Assembly (NCBI GenBank): GCA_964199315.1 | Contig: OZ116699.1 | Span: forward strand, 31,620,001 to 31,684,000 | Direction: 5' to 3' | Source: Orbicella franksi | Lineage: Eukaryota | Length of the DNA: 64,000 nucleotides | Shown here: positions 26,368-39,382 of the stretch, piece by piece | Layout: each line of letters starts with the position of its first letter | Position numbering within the stretch: the first letter of the stretch is position 1 | Notes under the pieces: model-generated | Told to the model about the DNA's origin: nothing | Databases searched by the model: none | What the model saw: the letters and a program-made list of their open reading frames with translations, nothing else | Translations under genes and position numbers: made by a program

Positions 26368-29300
26368 ATGGGAGAGAAAGAGTACGAAGCAACATACAAA
26401 ATTCTTATTCTTGGGGATAGCGGTGTTGGAAAAACCTGTCTGATCTTTAGATTCATAGAGGATGTATTTTCTGACTCGTATATTTCAACGATTGGTAAGC
26501 TGTTTTGCAAGTCTAGCTAGTAGATTTTTCCGCTTTGAGCTAAAGCTGAGCTGAAATCACTTAAGACTAGAGCTTAACTTCTCCCAAAAATTTTGGGCGG
26601 CCATTCCCACCAATCGGTCAAAGAGACTTAAAGTTTGAACTTGGCCACGTGTAAACATCCAAAGTGAGAACAGAGATTGATCATAACAAAACTTGTATTG
26701 TAAATTTCTACGTCATTGTATCGGCTCGCGAGTTGAAGTGGACTCTAAAATAGCAAGCTAGAGAGGCTAATATTGTTTAGAGTAAGAGTGTAGTGTTTTC
26801 CCTATAAGCTTGTTGGTTGTTCTGGAGGTGTCCTCGCTTTGTCTATTTTCTTTTTCCGCTCAGAAACATTTTCACAGAAAAATTTGGCGTTTTCCATTCA
26901 CAAAAATATTTAGGCTCTTCTCTCGACCTGCACCTTTCAGCTTCAATACAACAACAACAATACTAGAAAGAACAATCTCCTACACAATATAAGCTCATTG
27001 TTTGTTAATTTTCTGTTTTCGTTTTCCAACTAGGAATATCGATCAGCTTGCAGCTTGATTTTCTTGATGTTTGTTTCAGAATTAGTTTGAATTCTTCTTG
27101 CAGAAATAGTCTCGCTAGAGCTCTAGACCGGAACAGATTTAAAATTAGATCCTCAAGTTTAAAGGTTAAGCTTACATGTTATGTTATTTATACTACAACA
27201 ATTAGAATTCTCGCTCTTATTTTCTATGAGGATAGTACCTCAACTCGGCTTAGAGTGCCACGTTGACTATCAGCTCAAAGAAAGGTCTAATTGTTGAATA
27301 GTGCATGACAGTTGACAGCCATACCTGTAAACAGAATGATAGACAACTTAAGGTTTGTAATACTAGTTTATTACCAGTGACAGAAGCATATCACCTTAAA
27401 GCGTTTAACCCTGGTGATAAGCCTCTGCCAGTGAGTATTAATGAAAAGACAAACAAATAATAAAATGATAGCATAGTGTACCATCAATTTCTTGTTGTTC
27501 AAGGTATTGACTGTAGAAGTCGAGTTGTAAATCTAGATGGAACAAAAGTGCGCCTCCAAATCTGGTAAGCTATTAAACACACAAGTTCTACTCATTAGTT
27601 CTAGTTATTAATTAATAATAGTCATGAAAGACTTCAAGACCGACATATTCACTATAGTACTCTTTCATGATCGATCAGCTTAGATCTATATGTTTTGACA
27701 TGTACTCCAAACTATCAGGTACAGCTTAGTGTGTCACATGTACAGGAATCAAAATGCTTCTCCCCTGAATAAATCCATGGATGCATTCTTTAACCCAAAG
27801 AAAGAAATCTCTAAAAACATTTTCATTAAATATTAAACAAGACGTGTTTCTTTGTTTTTGTTATTTACAGAATAAGACCTACAAGTAATTAATATTATAT
27901 GCATTTGCTTTTGATTGAAGGCTGCTGGGCACCTTATAAATTGTTGTAGGATACTGTTCTTAAACTTGCCTTTATTTCTGGCCAAGGCTCTTTTGATAGC
28001 TCTTATCACAGACTGAATTGATTAACCCAAAATCTTATGCTATACATGTACATGTATACAGTATGTACTCAGGGTTACAAATGTAACAAACTCTGGTGTT
28101 AAATGTCATGCTACAGTTATAACAATGTTAATTTTCTGTCATAATTACAGTGTTCCAGACTGTAAGTGAGGGGTCTCGGGTCAAAAACCTGCCAAGATCA
28201 GCTACATGAACCGAAAATATTACTACGAAATGTATAATGATTTGTTGGGTGCAGCTTGGGAACTGATCCACTGGAATTTCCTTTTTGACACCCTACCTTG
28301 AAAACTAATCTGGAACCCTGAATTGATGTCATGGGAAGGGCTCTGACGGTCTGAACTACCCACTTTCCTGTTCTCTTGCAACATATTTAATAATATATGC
28401 AAAACTGTGAATTTTTTTGTTTCCCCCAGACTTCTCACTCACTTTACCCCTGGCTCTCTATCCCCTTTTCCTCTCCTTTGCCCCCCACCCTTTTCCCCCT
28501 TGTGTTGTTATTTATGGGAGGTAGTACTGATCTGAGTCTATCTGTTTTTGGCCCCATCATTTAACATGCCTTCTGACTTGGATCTTTTTATGTGATGCTT
28601 ACAGTAAGACCTGGCAACTGCAGAAGCCCTGGCGAGTATTCGGAAATTTGTTTATTACAAGTGATATTAAAAAAAAAAAGTGTTAACAGTTTTAAAAATT
28701 AGTCTTTAAGAGGAGGTTGTTATGGACTCCTCTTATTGTTCTCGGACAGGTACTGGGCACACCAGGGCAGCTGTACCTGTACTTTCTTCAAATCTCATTG
28801 AAAGCACTGTACATGTTATCTTTTTGTCATAACCAGGGACACAGCTGGTCAGGAAAGGTTCAGAACTCTCACCAGTGCATATTACAGAGGAGCAATGGTA
28901 TCTATACCTTGTGTTGTTCCACAAAATGCCCAGACACCCAGTGGAAGGTTTTTTGGGTTAAGCCCTCCTGCTACACTGGAAATTTCTCCCCACTATCCTG
29001 AAAAAATTTCCAATGACCTTCCCTGGTATGCTGAGATATTTTCTGGCACTGCATCTTTACGTAGAACTTATAATTAGTGAGTGAATACACAGATATTGTG
29101 GAGATCTATAAATTGATAAAATGGCCATCCCAGCTGTAACTTGTTTATAAAACAACTTCACAGTGGCCAATTTGGACACTACAATGAAAAATATTGGTCA
29201 TTATAGAGAGGCCTGATGTGTTGCATGGTCCAATTAAGGACTGATGATTATTACTGGAAAATAGTTACATGTACTTTAATGGGAAGGTGATTCAGGCCCA

Positions 29301-32300
29301 TTGTTAAATTCAAAGTTTGCAACACACGTGTACTTTCCGTTCAAGTGATAATTAACTCTATATACGTGTATGCTTTTTGTCAATTTCAGGGTATTATTTT
29401 AGTGTATGACGTCACCACTGAGGATTCGTTTAAACACATAGCACAGTGGCTACAGAATATTCAGGATGTAAGTACATGTATAGCCAACAATTAACAGTTG
29501 TAAGTCCTATGGCAAATAAGCACAAGCATATTGAGCCAGTCAGAGGACACCTGAACTTATGCACACGTATGAGAACAACTGAGCAGATTAAACCTGTCTT
29601 TCTTCTTATGCCTGCATGAACATACATGTATGCTGTACTTTCATGTCACAGTGAGGATGCGGGTGGCATAAATCAAGCATACACTGTAAGTACAAGAAAG
29701 CCAACCAGTCTTAACTCCCTATGACCCAAACTTCTATTAAAATATTGCAAACACAATGTGACAGCTAGACTCCACCATATTGTTCAAGAACAACAATTGA
29801 TGAGGGTTGGTGTCAGTTCTCATCCTGAGAGCCACACATCTATTTGACTGGTAAGAATGAGCTGAGTCTAGTATGTCTCAGTCATGTATCTATTTTTCGA
29901 CAACTCAGATGGTTACATCTGACATTAAAATCATCAACAATAGATGAGGTTGGGGGTTGGTGCCTGGAAGGATGGTGGGACTGAGAGCATAGGGGCAAGC
30001 GCCAGGGTATCCCTGGCAGCCCTGTGAGCGGCAACCACCATCTGGCACCGTCACAATGACAATTCAGTGGAGATGAATTAATACTTACTAAGAGGAGAGG
30101 GGAAGGGAGGGACAGAACAGCACGAAAGCTAGCAAATGCAAGAACACAAGTGATTGCACAATGTCTCACAGAAACCAGAACTGTACAAAAGTCAAGCCCT
30201 GTCACTTACCGGGCAACCCCACGGCAGAGGTGAGCTGCCATGATGAGGACCACTACCTGCATTGTCTTGATTTTAACTATGCCTAAATTACATTTAGCCA
30301 CATTAAACTGAGAGCCTCACCTCACATCTCATGATGCTTTCTTTGCAGAATGCTTCACCGGATGTTTGTAAAGTTCTAGTGGGTAACAAGGTGGATGCTG
30401 AAGATGAGAGAGTCATAGAGAGTTCAAGAGGAAAATTAGTAAGATCAAATTTGTTTAGTACTTCAGAGTTCTCAGTGCATTAAATTTACAAATTGCCTGA
30501 CTACCTAATGTACTATCTAATTTTCTAACTGGAATGTGTGAATAGCAAGAGTGTTAATTTTTCTCTCTTTCTTTCAGATAACTGAAAATTCTGATTCAGA
30601 ACTAGAATTTTTTGAAACCAGTGCGCGGTCAGGAGAAAATGTGACAGAGGTGAGAAGAATATTAAGCGTTCCAAAATCTTTGCCACTTGGAACAAATACA
30701 TCCCATTCAGTGAAGATCTGCACTTTTATACTTCAGTAGATGTCAAAACTTCCTACCCTATTCCAGGGTCACTATGTCTCTGAAACTATTCCACTAACCA
30801 CAGTCAGTTGCTTGTAAAGTTGTCATAAAATGGTATGCATTGTCAATGCATCAATTAGTAAGGTTCTTTCAATTTCAAACTCAATTCCTAGTCTGGACTG
30901 AACTGATCATACCGACCTGACTGATCAGTTTCCTGGCATTAAATGACTCCCTGTTTCACAGAACCCCTTACTTTTAGCATCAGCACACTATTCCAGACTG
31001 ATCTACCAGAAAACCCTACCCAGTGACACATACTTGCACCCATATAGATGATAAATATCAATGCATGGAACTGCTCCCACGCTCCCACTTGGTTGCTAAT
31101 ATGTACTGTGGGTTTCCAGCTGCAGCTGAACATGGTATGGTATAGGGCAAAGGGCACAAACTCACCTGATTCTACACAGAGTACCATATCCTTTGTGGGT
31201 AGAGCAATCCCTGTGTTGTAAGCAAATTGATTTTGGCCTGATTAATTTGTAGTCAAATTATATCATGGCATCATTATGTCTCATTCTTATGTATTCCTCC
31301 CCGCACATCAAATTATGCAGCAATTTGTTTTTAATGCATTTAATCTGTAGTTTTAGGTGAAATATAAAATGTGTTACTTTCAGGCTTTTATGGCAGTTGC
31401 CAGGAAGATCAAAGAATTCAGGGAAAGAAAGGTCAGTTTATCAGTTACACTGCAAGGCTAAAACAAATCTTACTTAAGGTTACAGTATACCTTCAGGGGT
31501 GTCTCGCGCGCAGGCTATGTAGCGCGTGCAGTTTAAGCTGTAGATACCTAAACCCCTATATCAAATTAAAGCTTATGGAGCTTGCTATCAAACTATACCA
31601 AGAATTTTGAAAGAAAATGAATTGTCGAATTTTTCACGGCCACTAAATGCGAGCGCCCGAATCACCTTTCGAAAGCTACAAGTCAAAGCGAATTTCGTTT
31701 TTCGCCAATTTAATTTTTTCCTCGGTTTCAGGGCCCAAAGCGCTTAAAAAGCGTGTCTGCCTTTTGGCATATTCAATTGCAGTAAAAAGTTACAGAACAT
31801 TTTCGAAATAGAATTTAAAAAATGTGGAGTGATCGTACAAAAATCGCTCTCGAAGAAAAAGTATTTCGAAATTAACAATTCCCAGACACGCTTTTGTAGT
31901 TTATATGTTAAACTAGCCACTGTCCAAATTTAAGAGCAATTGAACAAATTCCCTTTGAGTTATAACTCTTTAAAGTGTCTGCTTCAAGTGAAAAAATTTA
32001 TTCGAGAAAACAGCGCTAAGAAAAATTTTCTGCTTCGCAAACAAACTCCGCCCACAAACGCCTTCAACTGGGTTCTCAGATAACTAAGCCAATCAGTGCA
32101 GGGAAAGTTTACTACCGTTGACCTCCTGGTGAAATTTACGCGTGAATCTCTAAAAAAACTCTTGTGTTTCGCAATGCGCTCAAGGAACCGAAGTCAGAGA
32201 GAGAATTTTTCTGTAGCTCGGTTTTTCTTGAAGCTGGTCTGGCAAAATGGGGAAGACTAAAAAGGATACGAACGCTAGAGTGGCTGAGCGAAGGAAACAA

Positions 32301-34008
32301 ACAAAAGAAAGCGCGGAGAGCAACTGTGTGTGGGCAACTGTGCATGAATAATATTTCAAATGGTCTCAATGAGTCCGACGATTCGTCGATATCGGACTCA
32401 TCAGAAGAGTCTCTGTCAGCATCCCTGTTATTGCTGTCAAGTTCCGATACTTTTACAGAACCTTTCTTTTCTCTTACCACAAATATTTGCCCGCCTTATA
32501 CGATAACTATAACTTCATCCGCGTGGCGAACTTTCGCTTCTTCACTCATTGATGTATTTTCATTCGTTCTTCGCTGTTTTCGCTTTTTCGAACTGGTCCA
32601 TGGTTTAAACGTGGCCTATGTTTACTTATAACTTAATAGAGACACGCCTAATATCAAAAATGCTGGGTAGTCAGAACAACAATGCTGATCAACTGAGTAG
32701 TCACTTCGTGAGATCCATACGGGTAATTCCCGCGAAAATCGTCTCGGTTGATTGCATGCGCGCCATAGGGCTGTCAATCAAGAGGTAAACTTTTACTTCC
32801 GGTGAAAACGTAAAACCGCCATTTCTCCGCCAATATTTAGCCTTTTTCAAAAATTTTTTTCAGAAGTTAGAGATTATTCTTCGACCACTATTTTGACCCA
32901 AAAATCCAAATTTGAAGAAAATTGCCGACCCGAAGGTATACTGTAACCTTAATGTAACATGTAAAAAATTTCTCCACGAGCTCCAAGCGCAGGACCATCT
33001 GACTTTTGAGGGGGTGTGTGGGTGATTTTGAAAAAAAATATCCTGCAAGAATGCTTGTACCCAGAAAAATTCATGAACATGAACACTGCCAAAAAAAAAA
33101 CCAAATCCTTCAGTGAGCCGGAAAAAGGGCTCCATGTTACAGAGAAAAAAGATGCCATGCGTACACACATCTTGAGCAAAAAAATTTCTAGTACACGAAA
33201 AGTCAAATGTCCCACCCCTTATTACTCAGTTAACTTAATAATTGTTGTGCTTTGTTTGCCTGTCACGTAGAATTTAGATGAAAATTGTTAAGTAACACAA
33301 ATTTATCGTAAGTAAATTATACAGCAAAAAGTAATTTTAATGATAATAAAACATAAAATTATGCAATTATATTTTTCACCTGCTATGGTAGTAAAAAATA
33401 AAAATGTTTAAGGTTCTGTTGTCTGCTGTGTAATTATACGCCGAGTTGAATTAAATACATTTGTCACTTTGGTAACTCCAGGGTTGCAAAACAACTTTTT
33501 AATAAATTATTTAAGTGGTTTGAACCCAGGAGTTACACTGTAAATAATGAGTAGTTCGTCATGTGTGATCGTCCAGTGAGGGTAGTTCTGAAAAGAACTG
33601 TTTTTGGTGACTGACGTTTCTGAGCTGAGCAGAAGTTATTTTCAAAGTCAAATGAAAATGCTTTGTCCGGCGATGGTGTCATAAGACTGATTGGTCAGTT
33701 TAGCCGTGATGGCATTGGCTGTAAGACTCGTGTGTAAAGTTTTTTAACAGTCACTGGTCATAATATCAGTCCAATTGAGTTTCAACCACTCTCGTGGTAC
33801 AACTCTCTGAAAGTTGTGGCCCGTCTTATTCTCAAAATTCTTGAAACAGGATCTTCTGTTTTTTAATCGTTAAGGTAAAATGATCCAAGTTGTGTTCTCA
33901 CTTGATTTCCAGGGTGCAAGGTTTGCTTATCAAGATGGCCTTAATCCCGTACTTGAATCAGAACAGCAACAAGAAAATTCTCACTCCGCTGCTTGTTGCA
34001 GTTCGTGA
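26368..34008 (+). CDS. Divergent Rab8-family small GTPase (210 aa), C-terminal CCSS
   Basis: 8 exons join in frame (633 nt): 26368-26494, 27504-27564, 28837-28897, 29390-29467, 30349-30438, 30578-30649, 31384-31431, 33913-34008. Translation [211 protein letters not shown]1-G5 boxes are present. Confidence 0.93.
29965..30302 (+). repeat. Shorter relative of the 22850-23815 repeat, in intron 4 of the Rab8-like gene
   Basis: Shared motifs ggcagccctgtgagcggcaaccacca, cagtggagat, gcattgtcttga and aaattacatttagcc. Confidence 0.6.
31478..32948. mobile_element. Kolobok-type element, 1471 bp, in intron 7 of the Rab8-like gene, with a decayed acidic ORF
   Basis: TTAA at 31474-31477 and 32949-32952. 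Perfect 17-bp TIR GGTTACAGTATACCTTC. Minus-strand relic [45 protein letters not shown]. Confidence 0.85.
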
Positions 34009-34522
34009 AAGGCTCAGTTTCCATCAATTTTATAATGCCTGATCACAGGAATTGAATGGCCGTATCCGTAGGAAGACGGACATTACGTCTCAAATACATT
34101 ATGCGTCCAACTGACATAATCACAAGACTGTTAAGTTCGTCCTACGCTTGTTCTACCATAAATACGTCTTATTTTCCGTATTTAACTAACCGCATAATAC
34201 AATTGAGACCTATGATAAGTCTTCCTAGGTAGCTACGGCCATTGACGCACGAGTTAATTAAAGGTTATTACTATAATTAAGGACAAAAATCAGCGATAAT
34301 AATTTCGAATGACGTTTCGATGACACGTTCGTCATTTTCAATTCATTGTAGAGTTTTTAATCACATGCAAAGAGACTTTCACACGTATTCTCAATATATA
34401 AAGAATCCGTACGAACCTGACATTTAGAATTTGAAAACGATGAACGAGTCAGTCGAAATTTTTATGGCTGATTTTTATTCTTAATTGTTTGTCGAAAGCC
34501 TCCGTTATCACTATAATAACAC

Positions 34523-34684
34523 TAGTTATGCAATGCTTTTCAGTGGTTTACCGTGAAATATCCCACGATCAAGTCACTTGTATTTTCTCGTTATACACAC
34601 GAGGCTTTAGGCGAGTATACCAAAAAAATACAAATGAAAAGTTCGCTGTCTCATGGTACACCATTCGAAAGCATTGCATAACTA
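34523..34684. repeat. Palindromic interspersed repeat
   Basis: Perfect 17-bp inverted arms TAGTTATGCAATGCTTT (34523-34539) and AAAGCATTGCATAACTA (34668-34684), with further imperfect pairing inside. Confidence 0.75.
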
Positions 34685-36792
34685 TATTATACCATGCCAT
34701 GGAAAATACAGTGGCCAACACAACCTATGGCATGGTATAAATAAATGTAAAATACAACAAAATCATGCTATTATAAGGTATTATCAACGGTTTGTAAATT
34801 TTGGAAGCTTTGTACCCGTTTGCGTTTTACACCTTGCATATATATATTTAAAGATGCGTTAAAGCGTGACGTGAAAAGTTTCTCGATTTTTCCATGGGAC
34901 TCTCACTTCTCGGGGGGAAAAAATAATCAAATTGAGTTCGAGGAATGAATAAATAATATTTTTTTGTTATATTCCAAAGCATATTCGTATTCTCGGTATT
35001 GGACTGGAACTAGCTTGCGATCGAGGCTCATGCGGGGGAATATCATTAAAAAGAGATTTATGTCATTTGCATTTGAAAAGATTCCCCGCATTAGCCTCGG
35101 TTGCAAGCTAGTTCCAGTCTATTACCGAGAATACGAATATGGCCTATTGGCAGCACCTCACAGCTCTAGTGTGGGTCAAAACTACTTATCTTATGCGCAA
35201 CGAAAACTTTGGTGAATATTCAAATTGGGATAAATATTTTATTAGAAATCGCACATAGCTTTTAAATATACTTTTTATTTTGTAGCATAAGAGGTAGTTT
35301 TTATATTAGTTGTTTTAATAATAGTCAGAACGTTACAACTAGATTTATATTTTGTTAAACATTTTTAAGTAGAAGTAATTGAATATTTACAGTATTACAG
35401 CTGATGAAGACATTGTCCTCTGTTGGGGCTTCCTAGGGTAGTGGAGGTGGGAAGGAAGAGGGCGTGGAGACGATGGGTAGAGGGAAAAGGGGGGCTCTTT
35501 TTCCTTGCCAGTGTTCCCTGTGCGCTTTCTTTCTTCTCTCCCCAACCTCTAAACTGCTCTGAGCCTACACGTAACGGTCAAGACAGCACTGAAGAAGGTT
35601 CTACAGAGGAGAGATCTTCATGCGTGAAGACTGGAGGCCACGCGCGTTCGTACTTTGTTTTGAGCATAATAATCAACAATCTTGTTCTTTATATTTCGTT
35701 GAACCCAATCAAGGACGAAAGATTTTTTCTCTTCTGTCACATAAGAATTCCTCTGTGCAGCTTATAAAAAACAAAAACAAAAAAAGGTGGGATTTAAATA
35801 ATAATTTTGGTCAAAATTTTGTCCAAAAACAAAAAAAAAAACATTTCAGTCCAGGCCTAGGATTACTCTTCACTCATAAAAAACATCCATACGTTTGTCT
35901 GTATTTTTTTTCCCGCGAACCGCGTCTGGACGTCCGTCTACCCAGCCAAATTTTACAGACAAATGTATGGAAAATTAGAAAAATTAACTGAGCGTCTTCT
36001 AGCCAAGCTACATCCTCCAAACTTTTCTACCTAGTATTTCAACGGTTTGATTCACAAATTGTGTAAAATTCAATTTTCGAAAAAGTTATTTGCAATCGGG
36101 TTCCCATACAAACACTAATTTCTGACCGCTTTGCCTACCCTTCAAGATGGCGGCGAAAACCGCGATAAGGTCTATTTAAAGTGAAATAGTTAGTGGCAAC
36201 TCAAAATACCGGGAAACAAAATATATTAATATATACCGATGTTTAGTCTAAGAATTTTATCGCAATCCGAGAGTTTTAAGAACTTTCTTTGAGGTCATGG
36301 CGAGTGATTAAGGATCGTTAAGGTAATATAGTTAAACTAGCGGGAATCCCGCCGGATATCCCGGACTCTTGCAGTACGAAACCCTTGCCATTTTACTAGC
36401 GTTTAAAAATTTTACATGTTTCTGAATGTTTGTAGTTGTTTTTTCAATGATGTATGTTTTTATAGTTGTCAGATTGCACTTTATACGGATAGTGCGTTGG
36501 TGACGCAATAAGCGATTCTAGAAATTCTGACCAAGTTGGCGGGCTCGTAGAACAACACAAAATAGATATAATAGATATCCTTGTGAATGAATTAAAATGA
36601 ATGAATTAGTCATGCCTGTTTGATTTCTTTTACTTTATTACCTTCTCCTGCCAACGTTTGTAGCATTGTCAATTTCAAGAGTTCATTGGACCCTTTTTTC
36701 GCGAACAATTGACATGGTAAGGAGTTAGCGCTGCTGGATGGCGAGCATAGAAACGTTAAGTTAACCATGTTGATGCAAACACCCCATACACG

Positions 36793-36931
36793 AATAGACC
36801 ATTACTTTCCTTTTGCCTCTGTGTCAAAACGAATCTTCATGCCAAACCATTCATATGAAAATATGTTCGCCCTACAGGTTAATTTTCATGTAAATCAAAA
36901 GGTAACTCGGAATTGTCGGAAATGGCCTATT
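36793..36931. mobile_element. Short AATAG(A/G)CCATT-TIR MITE
   Basis: 11-bp TIR with one mismatch. The interior (tcaaaacga(a/g)tct..tcatg(t/c)aaatcaaa..aactcgga) is shared with ~12400-12560. Confidence 0.6.
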
Positions 36932-37039
36932 TCCAGGCGTTAACGGCCTAAATACATTACAAACCGATTGCAATACCTCTTATCGTTTCTTTCTTTCTTT
37001 TTTTCGTTACCCTCTATCTTGGGCAAAACTTATAACATA

Positions 37040-37212
37040 GCGCGCTCAATTCCTATTGAGCCACTAACAACTGGATCATTGGAAAATGCAATTCGAGAGT
37101 TTTCATTGGCTTAGCCATCATGGGTTATGAGTCATTATACCATGCTCCAAGAATATGGTAAGCGTACGCGTGATTTCTTGGAACTTTTTTTCAGTTTAGT
37201 TTTCTATATTTG

Positions 37213-37265
<53 letters not shown>

Positions 37266-37340
37266 AATTATAGCCAACTCGGCGCACGCCTCGTTGGCTA
37301 TCTACCATCGCCAACGCGCGCTCGTGGAACAATAATATAC
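37040..37340. repeat. Hairpin-ended interspersed repeat (no TIR/TSD found)
   Basis: Terminal palindrome attattccactcgcgcttgttgg..atagccaac-tcggcgcacgcctc-gttggctat..ccaacgcgcgctcgtggaa. A similar architecture occurs at ~14710-15010, ~15480-15770 and 54885-55007. Confidence 0.55.
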
Positions 37341-38797
37341 GCACGGCCGTGCGTATATAACATGACATGAGCAGTTTCATTTTGGTTGCTAAGTTTCTGT
37401 CGAGTTTAGCTTCGAATTCCCTTAGTGAAAGTGTCGGCAATGTGAACATCATTCTGAACAATCCAAACTCTACTTTTACCAAGCTAAGATGTTTACTAAA
37501 GCCTGAGTACTTTGACTGTGTTTGCCTACATTTTGATTGAGTATTGTGACTTTGTTTGCCTACATTTTCATTATTCAAAGCGAATTTTTTAACAATTTTA
37601 GAAACCAGCTTAAGCGTTCTCGCTCAACAGCCGTCGCTCAACTGATTGTGGCGTTTTTTTAACCAGCAAAAAGGATCAAAAAGGCCTCGAGCAACTCTAA
37701 CGCTTCTCTCGTGCTCTCCAAACTTCCAAAGTGCATCCATAACTACTGATAAACGCACAGCTAAAGCATGAACCAATTCTTTTACTCAAGAAGCCAGAGT
37801 TGCTCTCGGCTTCTCTTGCACTCTCCAAACTTCCCGCGTGCATCCATAACTCGATACGTACGCTAAGCATGAAACAACAATTCTTTAGTAGCTTTTAGTA
37901 GCTTTGGAAAATTGGCCGGTGAAATGTAATTAATCCGAGGGCCGGAAGAGAACCTACGCGGATCGTAAACACGAAAAAATGAGTGACCTGTTCACTAAAC
38001 ATGTGAAAGCACGAGTCTACTACCATGCAAAACACGATCAACATTAGTAGCAGTGAAATCCCACGCATCGGTCAGTACTCCTCCTTGCGTTTCATACCCA
38101 TATATCAAACCGTCTTCCTAGTAACAGCGCTTTTTTGCTTCCGTTAACAGTGCATGAACAGCAAGAACCGGGACACTCTCCTCACTAAGCAAGTCAGCTC
38201 ATACACATCATGCTCAAATTCCTCATCCAAAGTCTGCGGGACAGAAAGCAAACTCAAAGTTTCCCCTGCTGCCAAATGAAGTGTTCACGTTACTGACCCC
38301 GCCTTTGGAGCGACACCATGCGGATTCTTCAGCTTATGCTTCCCTTAACTTTCTTTAACATTACTGCATGCCAATTTTTTTTTTAATATTCTAGTTTATG
38401 TCGTACATTTCCCCTCGTTTCGCACCTCCACTTGCCAGCCGAATAGTCTTTCTGGAAGGGTGTCTGGAAAACCCGAATAACGAATAGCGGATAGTCGCGA
38501 ATAGTGACGAATAGTCGTTAATAGTCACCGTTTTGTTCAGCACTGATCTGGATTCATTGAAATTGATCACGTGGAGCAATAGCGTTTAGCAGCGAACGCT
38601 GATAAATTCGACGAAGCACGTTCTGTGAAAAAAATGATAATAAAATACAAATGTGAGGCATGTGGTCTGTGATGAATTTATCAACTGAAAAGACACAAAC
38701 GAGCTGCTCTGATAACTGGTTATAAAAACAAAAACATCTAGGCTATATCTTGCGTTAATTCATTATCCAAGTAAGTAACAGAATTTCAGTGAATTTA

Positions 38798-39382
38798 GGG
38801 ACTGTGCAATAATTACCTGGAGGGTGGGGGTTGGAAAATTAGGGGGGCGCATAGGAGAAAATGGCAACAAGAGAGAGCGGGGCTTGGATGTAAAATTTAA
38901 TACATACATGGGGGGGGGGGGGGGGCTTAACAACAAGCAGCTGAAAATGTATCTAAAGCAAAAAGGTCTTAAGATAAAGCAAGCAAGAAGCAAGGCCGAG
39001 TTGATTGATCGAGTTCTCACCCACGCACGCGGGAACCTTAGTGCCAGAGATGCTGTAGGAGATGAGGAATCTCCCAAGCCATGCGAAGACGACACAAGCT
39101 CAGAGTCCAGTGATTCTGATGACTCTTCAAATGACTCTTCGACATACGTTGAAGAGTCATTTGAAGTGATGTTTGTACCGGAGGAAGAACTCCAACAAGT
39201 AAACTGGATATGAGGGAATCAATGGGAAGGGACTTCAAGGGGGGGGGGGTAGCCTTAATATTATCATTATGTGAGGGGAGGAGAACTTAATTTTTGTTTA
39301 ATGAGAGGGGGGTATGACTTAGTTTTGGGGCATATTTTACCCATTTTCCAGCCCCCCCTCCAGGTAATTATTGCACAGTCCC
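38798..39382. mobile_element. Harbinger-like MITE nested in the MULE-like element
   Basis: Perfect 27-bp TIR GGGACTGTGCAATAATTACCTGGAGGG, flanked by TTA (left) and TTC (right). Confidence 0.8.
38926..39213 (+). pseudogene. Captured coding fragment: SAP-like domain plus Ser/Asp/Glu-rich tail
   Basis: The open frame LNNKQLKMYLKQKGLKIKQARSKAELIDRVLTHAR..DDTSSESSDSDDSSNDSSTYVEESF..* fits the SAP pattern LxxxxLKxxLxxxGL..xxKxELIxR. It is bounded by G16 (38910-38925) and G11 (39239-39249) runs. Confidence 0.6.

Noticed and set aside
36140-36175. AAGATGGCGGCG YY1-type promoter motif
   Set aside because: It is embedded in an interspersed-repeat end (..cgataaggtctatt), with no gene start nearby.
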